DNA from: a virus
Virus record (IMG/VR): IMGVR_UViG_3300037258_001099
Location: 64,001-128,000 of that record
Strand: one strand, 5' to 3'
Length of the DNA: 64,000 nucleotides
Below, one piece after another: positions 21,801 through 27,786 of the stretch (the stretch's first letter is position 1; the number at the start of each line of letters is the position of its first letter). The notes under the pieces were generated by a model, which was given only the letters and a program-made list of their open reading frames with translations, had not been told where the DNA came from and did not search any database. The translations under genes and the position numbers were made by a program.

Positions 21801-23646
21801 TGAAGCATCTCCCGCTCCAGCAAATCCCAAAGGACATGACTTTGGGGCACAACCAAATGCACCAGTGATACCCACGCCACCATCGGTATCACCATGGAGT
21901 ACGGCATACAAAGCTATTGTGGGGGTATTTGCGCCGCTAGGCAAAACTTTCCAGGGCTATTGGAACGCTGTAGCTAGCGGATCTGACTGGTTAAGAACAT
22001 ATATCAAAGGTAAAATAAGCGATTCATGGAATGCTATCGTCACTAAGTTCTCTCCTCTAGGTAAGTTTTTTAGCAATCTTTGGGTTGATGTACAAAATGT
22101 ATGGAAATCAGCTCCTGGATGGCTACACGATAGATTTCAAGATGCATGGAACAGGGTAACAGGGGTATGGTCCCCTCTCGGTAAGATTTTCCAGGGCTTT
22201 TGGAAAGACGTACAGAATGTATTTGTAGGAGCACCCAAGTGGTTCCAAGGTGAATGGCAAATTGCGTGGAATAATGTAACAAATATATGGTCTCCAATCG
22301 GTAAAACATTCCAGGGATACTGGAATGATATCATGGGAGGAGTTAATTGGCTCAGAACGAATATATCTAATACATGGAATAGTATAAAGGTAGATACTGA
22401 AAATATATTTCACAATATGATAAACGGGATTATCGATCATTTAAATGATGGAATATCGGGCGTAGAGGGATTTATTAACTTTTTTGGGCAAGGACTCGAT
22501 AAAATTGCTGGGGCCTTCCATGTCAGTGATCCTATCCCACAGAATAATCACCTCGGTCGCATTCCCCACTATGCTCTTGGTACCGACTCCCATCCTGGCG
22601 GCCCTATGGTTGTAGGTGAAAAAGGTCCCGAACTGCTTTTTGCTCCAAAGGGCTCTACAGTTGTTCCGGCTGATCTGACCGAAGCGCTGCTCTCAATGTT
22701 TAAAGGCAAGGTTCCAGGCTATGCTGGCGGCGTTGGTGATATCACAGCGTCTATCATCGATTGGGTAACAGGTGGCGCTAAATCGTTATTGGACAACGTT
22801 GTGAGCACTCTGCATATCACGGCTCCAAATCTCGGACCAATGAAGGACATTTCATCTGGTGTCTTCAACTCATTGGAGAAGTGGGCGCTAAGTTGGATCA
22901 GTTCGATTTTGCCATCTTTCGGTGGCAGTGGCAGCCAAGGGAGCCCAGGAACACTGACAGGTGTTCCTGGCAATGTTGCTTCATGGATACAATCCGCTAT
23001 GGCGCTCACGCACGTGCCTGCAAGCTGGCTAGCAGACCTAGAAATTATCGCTATGCACGAATCGGGCGGCAATCCGAATTCTATTAACCTTTGGGACAGC
23101 AATGCCCTAGCTGGTCATCCTTCACAAGGCCTGTTTCAGACGATACCTGGCACTTTCGCCGCCCATGCTCTTCCAGGTCACGGAAATATATTAAACCCGA
23201 TAGACAATGCTGCTTCAGCTATTGGGTACATAGAGGGTAGATATGGCGATGTGTTCCATGTGCCTGGAATAGTCTCAATGAGTCATGGTGGCCCTTATGT
23301 CGGGTATTCTGGAGGCGGCATACTCTCTGAACCTGTTGTTGGCACGGGACTGAGTACTGGGACACGATATAGCTTTGCAGAGGCTGCGCCAGAGGCAATT
23401 GTGCCACTCTCAAAGCTTTCCATTGCGCTCAAGTCTCTTCCCAAGAGCGGGAGTAGTGCCGTCTCTACCCAGCCAACAACAATATCTTCAAATTCTGGAC
23501 AAAGCATTCAAATAAAGAGCCTGATTGGGACCGCAACCATTAACATAAACACCAATGGAACAAAAATTGCTGACACCGAGAAAGATGAGCTGATGAGTCA
23601 GATCATGGATCTCTTTAGTGATGCGCTCAAGCAGTTGAACACCTAA
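9880..23646 (+). CDS. Giant tape measure protein with two SF1 helicase-like domains and a C-terminal lytic transglycosylase (start uncertain, possibly ATG 9985)
   Basis: Position after chaperones; Q-rich heptads, two TM segments, Trp-periodic repeats, VVGEKGPEL, IAMHESGGNP...SQGLFQ (SLT); two sets of UvrD-like motifs. Confidence 0.85.
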   Translation: MFPEEKERETVSTFDYSAWFGFRPRISSTAEGFARMPDYDPSQFAPRPVWNPATGKWEDPNKANRTINRRPTIEAEIAERQRRGYSLSDISLAPHAIPQGAAGPEKYQSPEEWKKAQSTFQSVQGALGASTGKQAATEALRRSDLNKALRQGQISTATAGKAAMITERMNQEGKRTQAANEDQLRNMSTQPDVTPFTIVPQKNLPSRASLLSQMEAAQPQVIALQQQTQKNASELMGKQVKMQTVSQFLPALSHEQLGGVQSKSQYVGFRGGPGGGKSKALISAIFNNLLNQGLSSDEAARLAKNTIFLSQTKSAVSRMRTNMEGAEQMIPGWDEKARSEQMMTLGRFAMSLLNRNQSSGGSILQQMGAGDYKPLYQGSGENIEEEMAKREHEQVLKRVLTQHGYNTRINNVGQLAQTIAEIKGTSRETFEAAYKRGKSLQDQNSQRQVIPSEQALYLYQNELHRTKQYDINDVPGMLLKASTKKNVQFPRFGMIANDESQDTPPIYGQLFQKLLGPSGRLITAGDPSQQAIRRPWDIDQTMKSAGAKIHELSINFRTGRHNVSSLNPLLATQAMADQPKSPFQAAFKEHDQPIRTHVEENFPAMHRAMFGNWMKDMGLTPAMIAKNMQSGVHPFSSPDAGSLLPGDAPFIFQRDEEGRGAFLKEMRSTLSKHMDEAMLDRFMQENISSEPPTASNVMSARAYTVGQARSHEFPEIHGDVTPQGLWPPEGHIGQIYTMQSRAINQQHLYYSKKNMPKGTQHDLATSFFGGQEVPHGWDQLMQAGTENLVDQQGMAVADLPEAMQYAYNSPHAMNLGTSPERPTEDPEMVKQFVEETLFANKFYSPPVDSGSGLLQGSKDDQFAADMRTYGFNAEMLSGQTKRSVISQSKMEMAARAAQDMIMNGPGVVSRGAATFNSEGVWQTKRMGRSEIESVPSPKEFMDRIHQMAGPIPARLMKDDIEREASSEFPEIDNIQMKPWAGKEQSQEAGDTTQVRQWMGHALAIPGFRNVPEIMGRLNDLLTHPKVLQSITGPLGKLAKSDPKLAQLQKRINLGRLDGHEAEKIKNRIARLIGLGAKITQTQQVQLSALQSKMKKVGGEPLHRIISRVVTPTLTGTNKPNPLYHAGFADLLHGAAAKQLPWQHLDPDFVGSLGGRARQFEREGDTSKRRFWGEAAGKFEAFSSQVHPDGSPLTKEMLAHAAPHERALLERIFESKHGGDILPYNHPDVESRVSQFTYQRGLVNRGMVSPENMAAMKLSRANSRRAPGETEFANLYMALQGGLSEGSGSGIEDPMNTLARGGGRFASLGAGTRLDSMIQRLTELSDPAGRVLTSAERAGFAEQLGQAQYVKSELSSPTNWRDWAHTLRAASLASTGKNLHDPKPLEEGKPNDPVRELFRHRDQHVKNARSLEGLTGLITPLKEATAHLQKTGSLRRSHVDEILRAFGYDPADKNLTALRKLEEKKGFSSRGGQDPDLPMAKLIGQFPDQMKDMREQLTRVPIIQGSQHYTYMGGEPGYADIKKAQQGIPSGIMGTLHPLPKTDETGPEEEFGLSKNVQFHMSRDMFSKSDLGVFNPEKAKRLPEHVANMDYAPLMQFEGMHQGSHVSFPVHPEQLALADTSGLEQEKGIQDLFKRARWTGLRWKEQDQNKKQIEVLRRSADAKHRKEHPLFTPRQLANPRGYASSFGVDPRTLPPAYRSHIGGQINSPSKVLAAAQVAQHSQGQMARGLVGMQQPVPEPMPSYRGYQLGGDLNEAAIDSIIRSQQKKELEANTAETPEFGPVDPNLQPMLPGFGGGGGNLPPRPPSVPTPEPENDPSRMFSALSSPELERAQPFLAHPRFNQLYKTFETGRLFGRQVTWQGHLEDEHAFNLRHPELHKSDLELTSGLLGKSVPPPPPDASTMAPRQRQESSGLRQRMMVQHASGLAQARDRKNDPLLATIGQHIPAQVPLAPSQGGIPPHDMAQLLTHLRSGKQSSDIALAKQYGKAPMQYLGSISGNQKPLPEIAAVAPGARGSWDEDSYGFPAEAPPDDLSMGDEEMFEFHQALGQMDAFESPAKKATPAPVSPTPIPAPASAGPAYQLSHLPKLMRSQRRTLIRGGQIHPFEEGKPGIGVGGTNPEQRDVLNAPDRRMIVQGGPGTGKTETMIMKIADLIAKGHVDPSRIMAFSGMHSGVSELNTRMSKFLQPLLPHGEEHKLPAARTLHSLAHQVLFQRGKPSPALGGIGLGWIKGVMGNPSEEELARQTPETQEKLRDQQRQFLHGAIKQNFPKAKWLPSTPDELDRVMGDIKKYKSSRTGEDPLYDKMIKKGLGDISHGKKFTHAGALAVYEQSVAQTGNIDFEDLITYGSSALGRLGSEAIPQGVEGTQLLAYDEAQDANRENLGFVSNLVSALGPETHAVVGLDPLQSLFQGAGSLPGEHIVPAIQQMLGGAGHIQLRGNYRSSMKDVALSNSILQMHAMSGKKGLSPLQVPYSQKLGSEPSFMLRKSQPELYKKMFSSMLAHAGVSPKTMRENILAGEHPFKGVDWNQPDKIRPGEMPALFMMKAQRSLFEHIAPSIIQGLDPAGKIDPEMAKKAFGQMYRPGLPGKAASDEEQTIFANKLAFRGLTVGQSRGLSFENPHMDASPVGEWRRPGEKAEESYLHNLGVMVSRTKEGGRSFIGAASTPFSGDQMKDFVQTQGKHYRETSPESHNRGSVWYGEPGSDPLSVHPRNEFDTHEGQPVAHYFGEIMGLQKKQVDDWKAMKNSPAQAAVPAQLVSQEAVAASPPRKQDLAKTALSDLQSRAPSGRSAQIESLLAKTVASPHASDPSQHAMVGQLHTEFAKLGGSASWSDFMKAKAPEIENLAGPQSPVTKLAQTMAASPDKYAPGSTAISAKDVTVNAAANSKITVAGGAQVDVIRASTPPLASMAAVGKGASPVSSTIAKNTPIEDLPLSGATPVTRISRNPFASTGGIPSTSTTTVAQVTGGAPSGTSVGASTVGGPSSKGGIGSLVIHPGASVGAINVYGGGPTTGGGGDGGDKEPPKTTLAKFSDGLTNTGRTFARIGQEMQYFGQLFNDVTQKALEQGSDYRLASGTFKASGATADRGFYDFANPASGISQMQTNSLPMFSKTDIAQNLQNVAGMVGGQLPPSGTSTSIMQLAALTGADPTQLTSQIGYISGSMGQGMTATPAIEGYTGSLYHGQVNATNLAPTLQAVSSALPSMQGLTFGQGNNLGAFYGLMNAAQGGGMTAANMPDVSDLTNSLAQVGTAPNLNQQAALNQLFPGQLTGGAQLAQFQQQQVGMSEQAGELGLQQQFNVPGLQMQIGNANVAMQQANVDLGQIQQQQGYAQLGLSQQELGSSQANLDYQRDQHDYQQASLNYQKQQLNYSEAQLGYSQQQFQYSQAQYSQAQLQQQYAQASFTQQQYVQTQEYGPIGADTGRQSYFDFMRNQQAAGYNPLSAETGTQFKPSAPQGIQNMQFYAGIENQRQMSILSRSPLLSDAAFQQQQKYLNEQEAFYKEQLDLTNEQRTFDVTWGQKMLDSQQKLLDLQGPLLTTQKKLLDMQQPMLDTQKSLLNQQQGLLNTEGHLLDLQQGILDTQKGMLVYTQEALDQQGKILGIQQTQVGLTAQMNDYQNAQLKLQQAYLPAQLGALLAVQTAMEQQINGQGPVNGTNPTPQQIIKQLSLIQNPTQQQDIMRNLGLPPNQVNTLQTILNGMKKAGGYDAAMSGVSPADKSIQAQVNNLIKSGAFAGQTNQAAQSDTSLLLGGTAAQWTKFTQAFDTANKYAEQTANAASSINDYIKGWGTFFSMAGPAIVGIGMLLQGLGLGGQALNFFTSGGASAAAGGAASWVTQTAAPAVASAASTTASAISLALTTAAPIIIPLVIAAAGTAIITFALKWLGDQASNINQQNFNNPKNATSNLPSWLQWLPGKTASPQVVASAQSKQDAYRASHGGKDMPMPDESPLAKGTLLGDAWSGIKTGVGNAWNWLTGGNNKAEASPAPANPKGHDFGAQPNAPVIPTPPSVSPWSTAYKAIVGVFAPLGKTFQGYWNAVASGSDWLRTYIKGKISDSWNAIVTKFSPLGKFFSNLWVDVQNVWKSAPGWLHDRFQDAWNRVTGVWSPLGKIFQGFWKDVQNVFVGAPKWFQGEWQIAWNNVTNIWSPIGKTFQGYWNDIMGGVNWLRTNISNTWNSIKVDTENIFHNMINGIIDHLNDGISGVEGFINFFGQGLDKIAGAFHVSDPIPQNNHLGRIPHYALGTDSHPGGPMVVGEKGPELLFAPKGSTVVPADLTEALLSMFKGKVPGYAGGVGDITASIIDWVTGGAKSLLDNVVSTLHITAPNLGPMKDISSGVFNSLEKWALSWISSILPSFGGSGSQGSPGTLTGVPGNVASWIQSAMALTHVPASWLADLEIIAMHESGGNPNSINLWDSNALAGHPSQGLFQTIPGTFAAHALPGHGNILNPIDNAASAIGYIEGRYGDVFHVPGIVSMSHGGPYVGYSGGGILSEPVVGTGLSTGTRYSFAEAAPEAIVPLSKLSIALKSLPKSGSSAVSTQPTTISSNSGQSIQIKSLIGTATININTNGTKIADTEKDELMSQIMDLFSDALKQLNT

Positions 23647-24170
23647 TGGGAAATGCAAGTGGCTTTGGCATTGGAACATACCAGCCTCTCTCTGGGGTAA
23701 CAACAACCATCGGATCAGGCTTTCCAAATGCTCCATTTCAGCTCGTCCATCCGTATGCAGGTACCTACGGTGGCAACTATGGGTACGTGATCGACACGAC
23801 GATCAAGTCACCAAACGAGGTCCAGTGGACTCCTGCGCCAGAAATCGGCATTGATGGGATTGGCAACTCTGTCATTCGTGGATTTCCACAGATTGAGTGG
23901 GACTACCCGATTATGCGGCCAGATCATTGGTACAAGCTAAAATTTTTGAGAAATCAGTCAGCTAAAGTGCCACCTGCATATCAGTACATTGTGTTGCTCC
24001 AGTACCCCGACGTTTTTGGATCAGGGGTGCTCGCACAACAACTAGCACGATTTGAGCCCATCACCTTTTCAAGCCGAACATCTGCGATCTTCCAATCGGT
24101 CGTCTTGAAATTCACGTACGTGGGGCAAGCACAACTGCTTTCTGGAACACCTATTTCTATCATTGCATAA
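23646..24170 (+). CDS. Putative distal tail/minor tail protein
   Basis: Coupled directly after tape measure; beta-rich; function inferred from position. Confidence 0.5.
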   Translation: MGNASGFGIGTYQPLSGVTTTIGSGFPNAPFQLVHPYAGTYGGNYGYVIDTTIKSPNEVQWTPAPEIGIDGIGNSVIRGFPQIEWDYPIMRPDHWYKLKFLRNQSAKVPPAYQYIVLLQYPDVFGSGVLAQQLARFEPITFSSRTSAIFQSVVLKFTYVGQAQLLSGTPISIIA

Positions 24171-24181
24171 GGAGGCGACCT

Positions 24182-25243
24182 ATGACTTGCCAGGATGTTA
24201 CAAAGGTTACAGGACAACATCTGATCTTTCTTGGGGTGGGTGCCGCGTCCTGGTCTCTTGCGCAGTTTAGCCAAGCAGGAGCCTTTGCCAAAGCGCATGG
24301 GGTAGATAGCCTTCTTCTCAAAAGCGCAGATGGAACGAACAGATGGTACGGGGGGATGGACGGGTACCGCCAAAGGAGAGATGCGATCAAAGCTCAAGGC
24401 GTTGGTGTTGTCCCCTATACCTATAGCTACGGCAACAAATTTGGGGCTATTGATGGAGAAATTGCGATCCTCAAGAGCTTTATGGCAGAGGACGGCGTGG
24501 TATGCATGGATGCTGAGGCCGAGTGGAATGGGCAAGTTGGCTGGGCTTCCCACCTGTGTTCTGCAATGACTGGCACTCCTGGCATCTTCCTAGTCTCCAC
24601 ATGGGCAGATCCATCGATCCAAAACTGGATGGGTGTGCTCCAAGCAATGAACCCGTGTGTGGATGCCTACATGCCACAGCAGTACAGTAATTTCCTGGCA
24701 CCACTTTGGACGCAGTTTGGAGCAACGGGAGCAGCCTGTATCCAACCAACCGTGGATCTGAGCCAGGAAGCAGGGCCTAACGATCCTGTCGCTATTGCAC
24801 GGGCCGCAAGCGCACAGGGGCATACAGCACTTTCTGTCTGGCATCATGATCTGGCCGTTGCCAACCCTGCACTTCTTGATGCGATCCTGGCCGCATTCCC
24901 AAAAATAGAGGAGGACATCCCTATGGTTATTAATCTCACAACGCCCCTGGTTGGCAACTATTACGAATCTACTGGCAATGATGCTGTATGGAAGTGCAAG
25001 CAAACAGGCTTTCTGGTAGGACACGGCATCCTAGCCTTCTACCAGAAATTTGGGGGAGATGCCCTTTGTGGGCTCACCTACCTCGGGATAGCGATGAGTA
25101 ATGAAATTGCAATAACAGGACATCCTGGCAGTGTGTACCAAAAATTTGAGCGAGGGATTGCGGTTTATAATCCAGACCACAGCTTCGACTTTCCCCCAGG
25201 AGCGGGTCCTGTATACATGGCCCATACTGACGCAAAGTTTTAG
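24182..25243 (+). CDS. Endolysin-like glycoside hydrolase with LGFP-like C-terminal domain
   Basis: LLKSADG, VPYTYSYG, MDAEAEW (DxE), YMPQQY; C-terminal GHGILAFYQ..LG...SNE...QKFERG. Confidence 0.65.
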   Translation: MTCQDVTKVTGQHLIFLGVGAASWSLAQFSQAGAFAKAHGVDSLLLKSADGTNRWYGGMDGYRQRRDAIKAQGVGVVPYTYSYGNKFGAIDGEIAILKSFMAEDGVVCMDAEAEWNGQVGWASHLCSAMTGTPGIFLVSTWADPSIQNWMGVLQAMNPCVDAYMPQQYSNFLAPLWTQFGATGAACIQPTVDLSQEAGPNDPVAIARAASAQGHTALSVWHHDLAVANPALLDAILAAFPKIEEDIPMVINLTTPLVGNYYESTGNDAVWKCKQTGFLVGHGILAFYQKFGGDALCGLTYLGIAMSNEIAITGHPGSVYQKFERGIAVYNPDHSFDFPPGAGPVYMAHTDAKF

Positions 25244-25253
25244 GGGGACGACT

Positions 25254-25415
25254 ATGATGCACTTCTTGCAAAATTGCATTCAGCCTAGCGCTGTACTCAT
25301 GCTTTTTATATCGGTGGTCTGCCTGGTTGGATATGGGTATTCAGGATATAAAGCAAATAATGGTCTTCTCTGGCTGCTCTGGCTTTTTATTGGTATTCTA
25401 GCCCTAGTATCCTAG
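25254..25415 (+). CDS. Small two-TM protein, possible holin
   Basis: 53 aa, two hydrophobic segments, directly after the lysin. Confidence 0.4.
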   Translation: MMHFLQNCIQPSAVLMLFISVVCLVGYGYSGYKANNGLLWLLWLFIGILALVS

Positions 25416-25439
25416 TTCATGATTGTAGGATCGTAAAGT

Positions 25440-27563
25440 ATGGCTTCTCCCTACGCACTCACCAATTACGATCTGAGCCTGGTCAATCTTACTGGGCAAG
25501 CTTTTCGTGTCTATGTTGCCTTCATGAATCCGGTAAGGATTACTACTTCCTGGGCTTCGCTTAACCAAGATGCGCAAGGAAATTGGCTTCCGCCTCCAAA
25601 CTTCGACACTGCTGCCAACCATAAGCAGCCGTATGCGCCCACGGCGAACTTAGGGTCGAATAGAATTGGGTTTGTGGGTGAGCCACTCTACTTTGATGGC
25701 TCGCGATCAACCCAGCGCTATGATATTCCGGTGATTACTGGAAGCTATGTCTGGACGATTACTGGCCCTGCTAGCACCACTTCTTATAATGGCAATTCTC
25801 AGGTTGCTATCTCCTGGTCCAATCCTGGTCTCTACACGGTCTCTCTTTCGGTTAAAGACCGTGCTGGGACAGCCGTGGTGGGCACAAGACAGGTGATGAT
25901 CTATCAGGACAGGAACTCAACACTACCAGGTGTGATCAGCGTCTCAGGGCTCTCTGGAAGCCTTGCCAATGGTGGCTGGACCATGCAGCTTACCACGGTC
26001 AATTCCCAGACCACGATTCTCAGTCCCGATGTGCTTCCTTCTGGGAGTTATCTGCCAGTCGTACTGTTGTGCGAGACGAGCTATGAAGTTACTCCTGGCA
26101 ACTGGGTGAGTCGCACCATCGGGCCGCATGGGTTGTTTAATCCAGGATATCCCTATATTGACTCCAGGGTGCTCTTCGATGGCTACGTCCAAAATGGTAC
26201 TATTCACCAGGATGTGGACAAAGATAGTCTTTCCTGCACCTGTGTAGGTCCACAGATGATTCTTCAGCTTGCTCAAAGCGCCCAGCTCGGCTACTATAAC
26301 TGTGCGTACACAAGTGTTGTTAACAACGTACCCCTTGGATGCAAGACTTCTCCTGCTGGTCAAGGATATCAAGTGGGGTATCTCGGTTCAGCCGATGTTA
26401 TTCACTCGCTTCTACAAGACCACTGCAATATCGGCACCTATCATGATATCCATATCTGGAATCCACTCATTGTGACCAATCCGTATAGTCCAAGCAAAAC
26501 AAATGCCTACTACTATCAGTACTACACCACGCTCTCAGTCAATCAGGGAACGATCTGGCAGTGCATCGGGGATCTGACCGCCAATGAATGGAGCCAGTGC
26601 TACTGTGAGCGAGATGGTTCTATCCGCGTTGGCCCAATGGTGAACTACCAGGGGTATGACTTCTGGAATCAGCCAACACTTCTTGGAGGGCTTGCCGCCC
26701 CCTACTTGATTAATCTTGTCCAAGATTTGGGGTATTCCACGCCTGGGGATCTCAACACTATTGCCTCCAATATCCCAATACTACCAGCAACACCCATGCC
26801 TATTCAATTCGTGCATCCCTGGGGGCAGCAGCAGAACCCGCCGCAGTTCTTAAAGCCTTTTGGGGAGCCCAATGCGCAAATCCAGGTAACGCAATCAGCC
26901 CTTGTCGGGCCACCCATCCTTTGCGCCTTTAGTGATGTGCCCCTCTATGACCAATCAGGAACGCCTCCTGATACACAGGCGCTCTTTCCCTGGATCGTTG
27001 CCAATTGGCCCCAAGATCTAGTCGTCTATCCAGTCGCTTTTGACTTCCAAGAAAACTACACTACAAGAGACAGCTTGGTAAAACTCATCACGACCACCTA
27101 CGGTCAGACCACGCTCTGGAGTGCCTGGTATCCACTCTCCGCCTTTAGCCTTACTGGAGATGGCACGGTCTCTATTGTGCAAACCATTCTCCCTGCTGGA
27201 AACTGGACCGTGGACCAATCTCATCTGCTTCCCGACATCACCACCAACCAGAACAAGCTACTTGTCTGGAATTACCTCTGGGAGATGGCGAGACGTACCT
27301 ACTATGACCAGAATACTAACTATACTGGTACGATCACCCTTGGGCAATTTACTGCGATCTCCCTTGGCGATATCGTGAGTGTCACACGGCAAGGCGGCAC
27401 CCTTGGACCAAAATTTGCCCAGAAGCTCTTTTATGTGCAAGGCATTGACTATTCCATTGATCTTACTGCCCGTGTCTGGCAGACCAGTCTCACCGTCTCA
27501 GAAGTTACCTCAAATACCCTTGGCCCTATCCAGACGCCTCCAGTGACGATACCCAAGGCGTAG
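25440..27563 (+). CDS. Minor tail/baseplate hub-like protein with PKD domain
   Basis: PKD motifs LYFDGSRS, YVWT, PGLYTVSLSVKD; LFDGYV; LGDIVSV...FYVQGIDYSI hub-like C-terminus. Confidence 0.65.
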   Translation: MASPYALTNYDLSLVNLTGQAFRVYVAFMNPVRITTSWASLNQDAQGNWLPPPNFDTAANHKQPYAPTANLGSNRIGFVGEPLYFDGSRSTQRYDIPVITGSYVWTITGPASTTSYNGNSQVAISWSNPGLYTVSLSVKDRAGTAVVGTRQVMIYQDRNSTLPGVISVSGLSGSLANGGWTMQLTTVNSQTTILSPDVLPSGSYLPVVLLCETSYEVTPGNWVSRTIGPHGLFNPGYPYIDSRVLFDGYVQNGTIHQDVDKDSLSCTCVGPQMILQLAQSAQLGYYNCAYTSVVNNVPLGCKTSPAGQGYQVGYLGSADVIHSLLQDHCNIGTYHDIHIWNPLIVTNPYSPSKTNAYYYQYYTTLSVNQGTIWQCIGDLTANEWSQCYCERDGSIRVGPMVNYQGYDFWNQPTLLGGLAAPYLINLVQDLGYSTPGDLNTIASNIPILPATPMPIQFVHPWGQQQNPPQFLKPFGEPNAQIQVTQSALVGPPILCAFSDVPLYDQSGTPPDTQALFPWIVANWPQDLVVYPVAFDFQENYTTRDSLVKLITTTYGQTTLWSAWYPLSAFSLTGDGTVSIVQTILPAGNWTVDQSHLLPDITTNQNKLLVWNYLWEMARRTYYDQNTNYTGTITLGQFTAISLGDIVSVTRQGGTLGPKFAQKLFYVQGIDYSIDLTARVWQTSLTVSEVTSNTLGPIQTPPVTIPKA

Positions 27564-27609
27564 TCTTTGACACATAGGCTAGGATAGCTCAAAAGGAGAG
27601 AGAGAGACT

Positions 27610-27768
27610 GTGCTTGAATTGCTACGCAAAAAGCTTTTTGTACGCCCAAAATCAAAGCTGGTCTTCTTAGACGGGGCGAATCACTGGAACCCCAATTGGA
27701 AGCCAGAGCAAGAAACACCGAGCAGGAAGCTCCACAAGATCACCCTTATTTCGGAAACAGTTGTTTAG
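27610..27768 (+). CDS. Small hypothetical protein (52 aa)
   Basis: GTG after purine-rich RBS; fills the gap before nrdJ; below the ORF-track cutoff. Confidence 0.3.
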   Translation: MLELLRKKLFVRPKSKLVFLDGANHWNPNWKPEQETPSRKLHKITLISETVV

Positions 27769-27786
27769 AAAATTGGAGAGAAATAA

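Noticed and set aside
9902-23736. Many short antisense or alternate-frame ORFs within the tape measure gene
   Set aside because: No motifs; expected shadows of a long coding sequence
27564-27786. Cobalamin riboswitch or NrdR box before nrdJ
   Set aside because: No recognisable consensus; the gap is better explained by a small ORF
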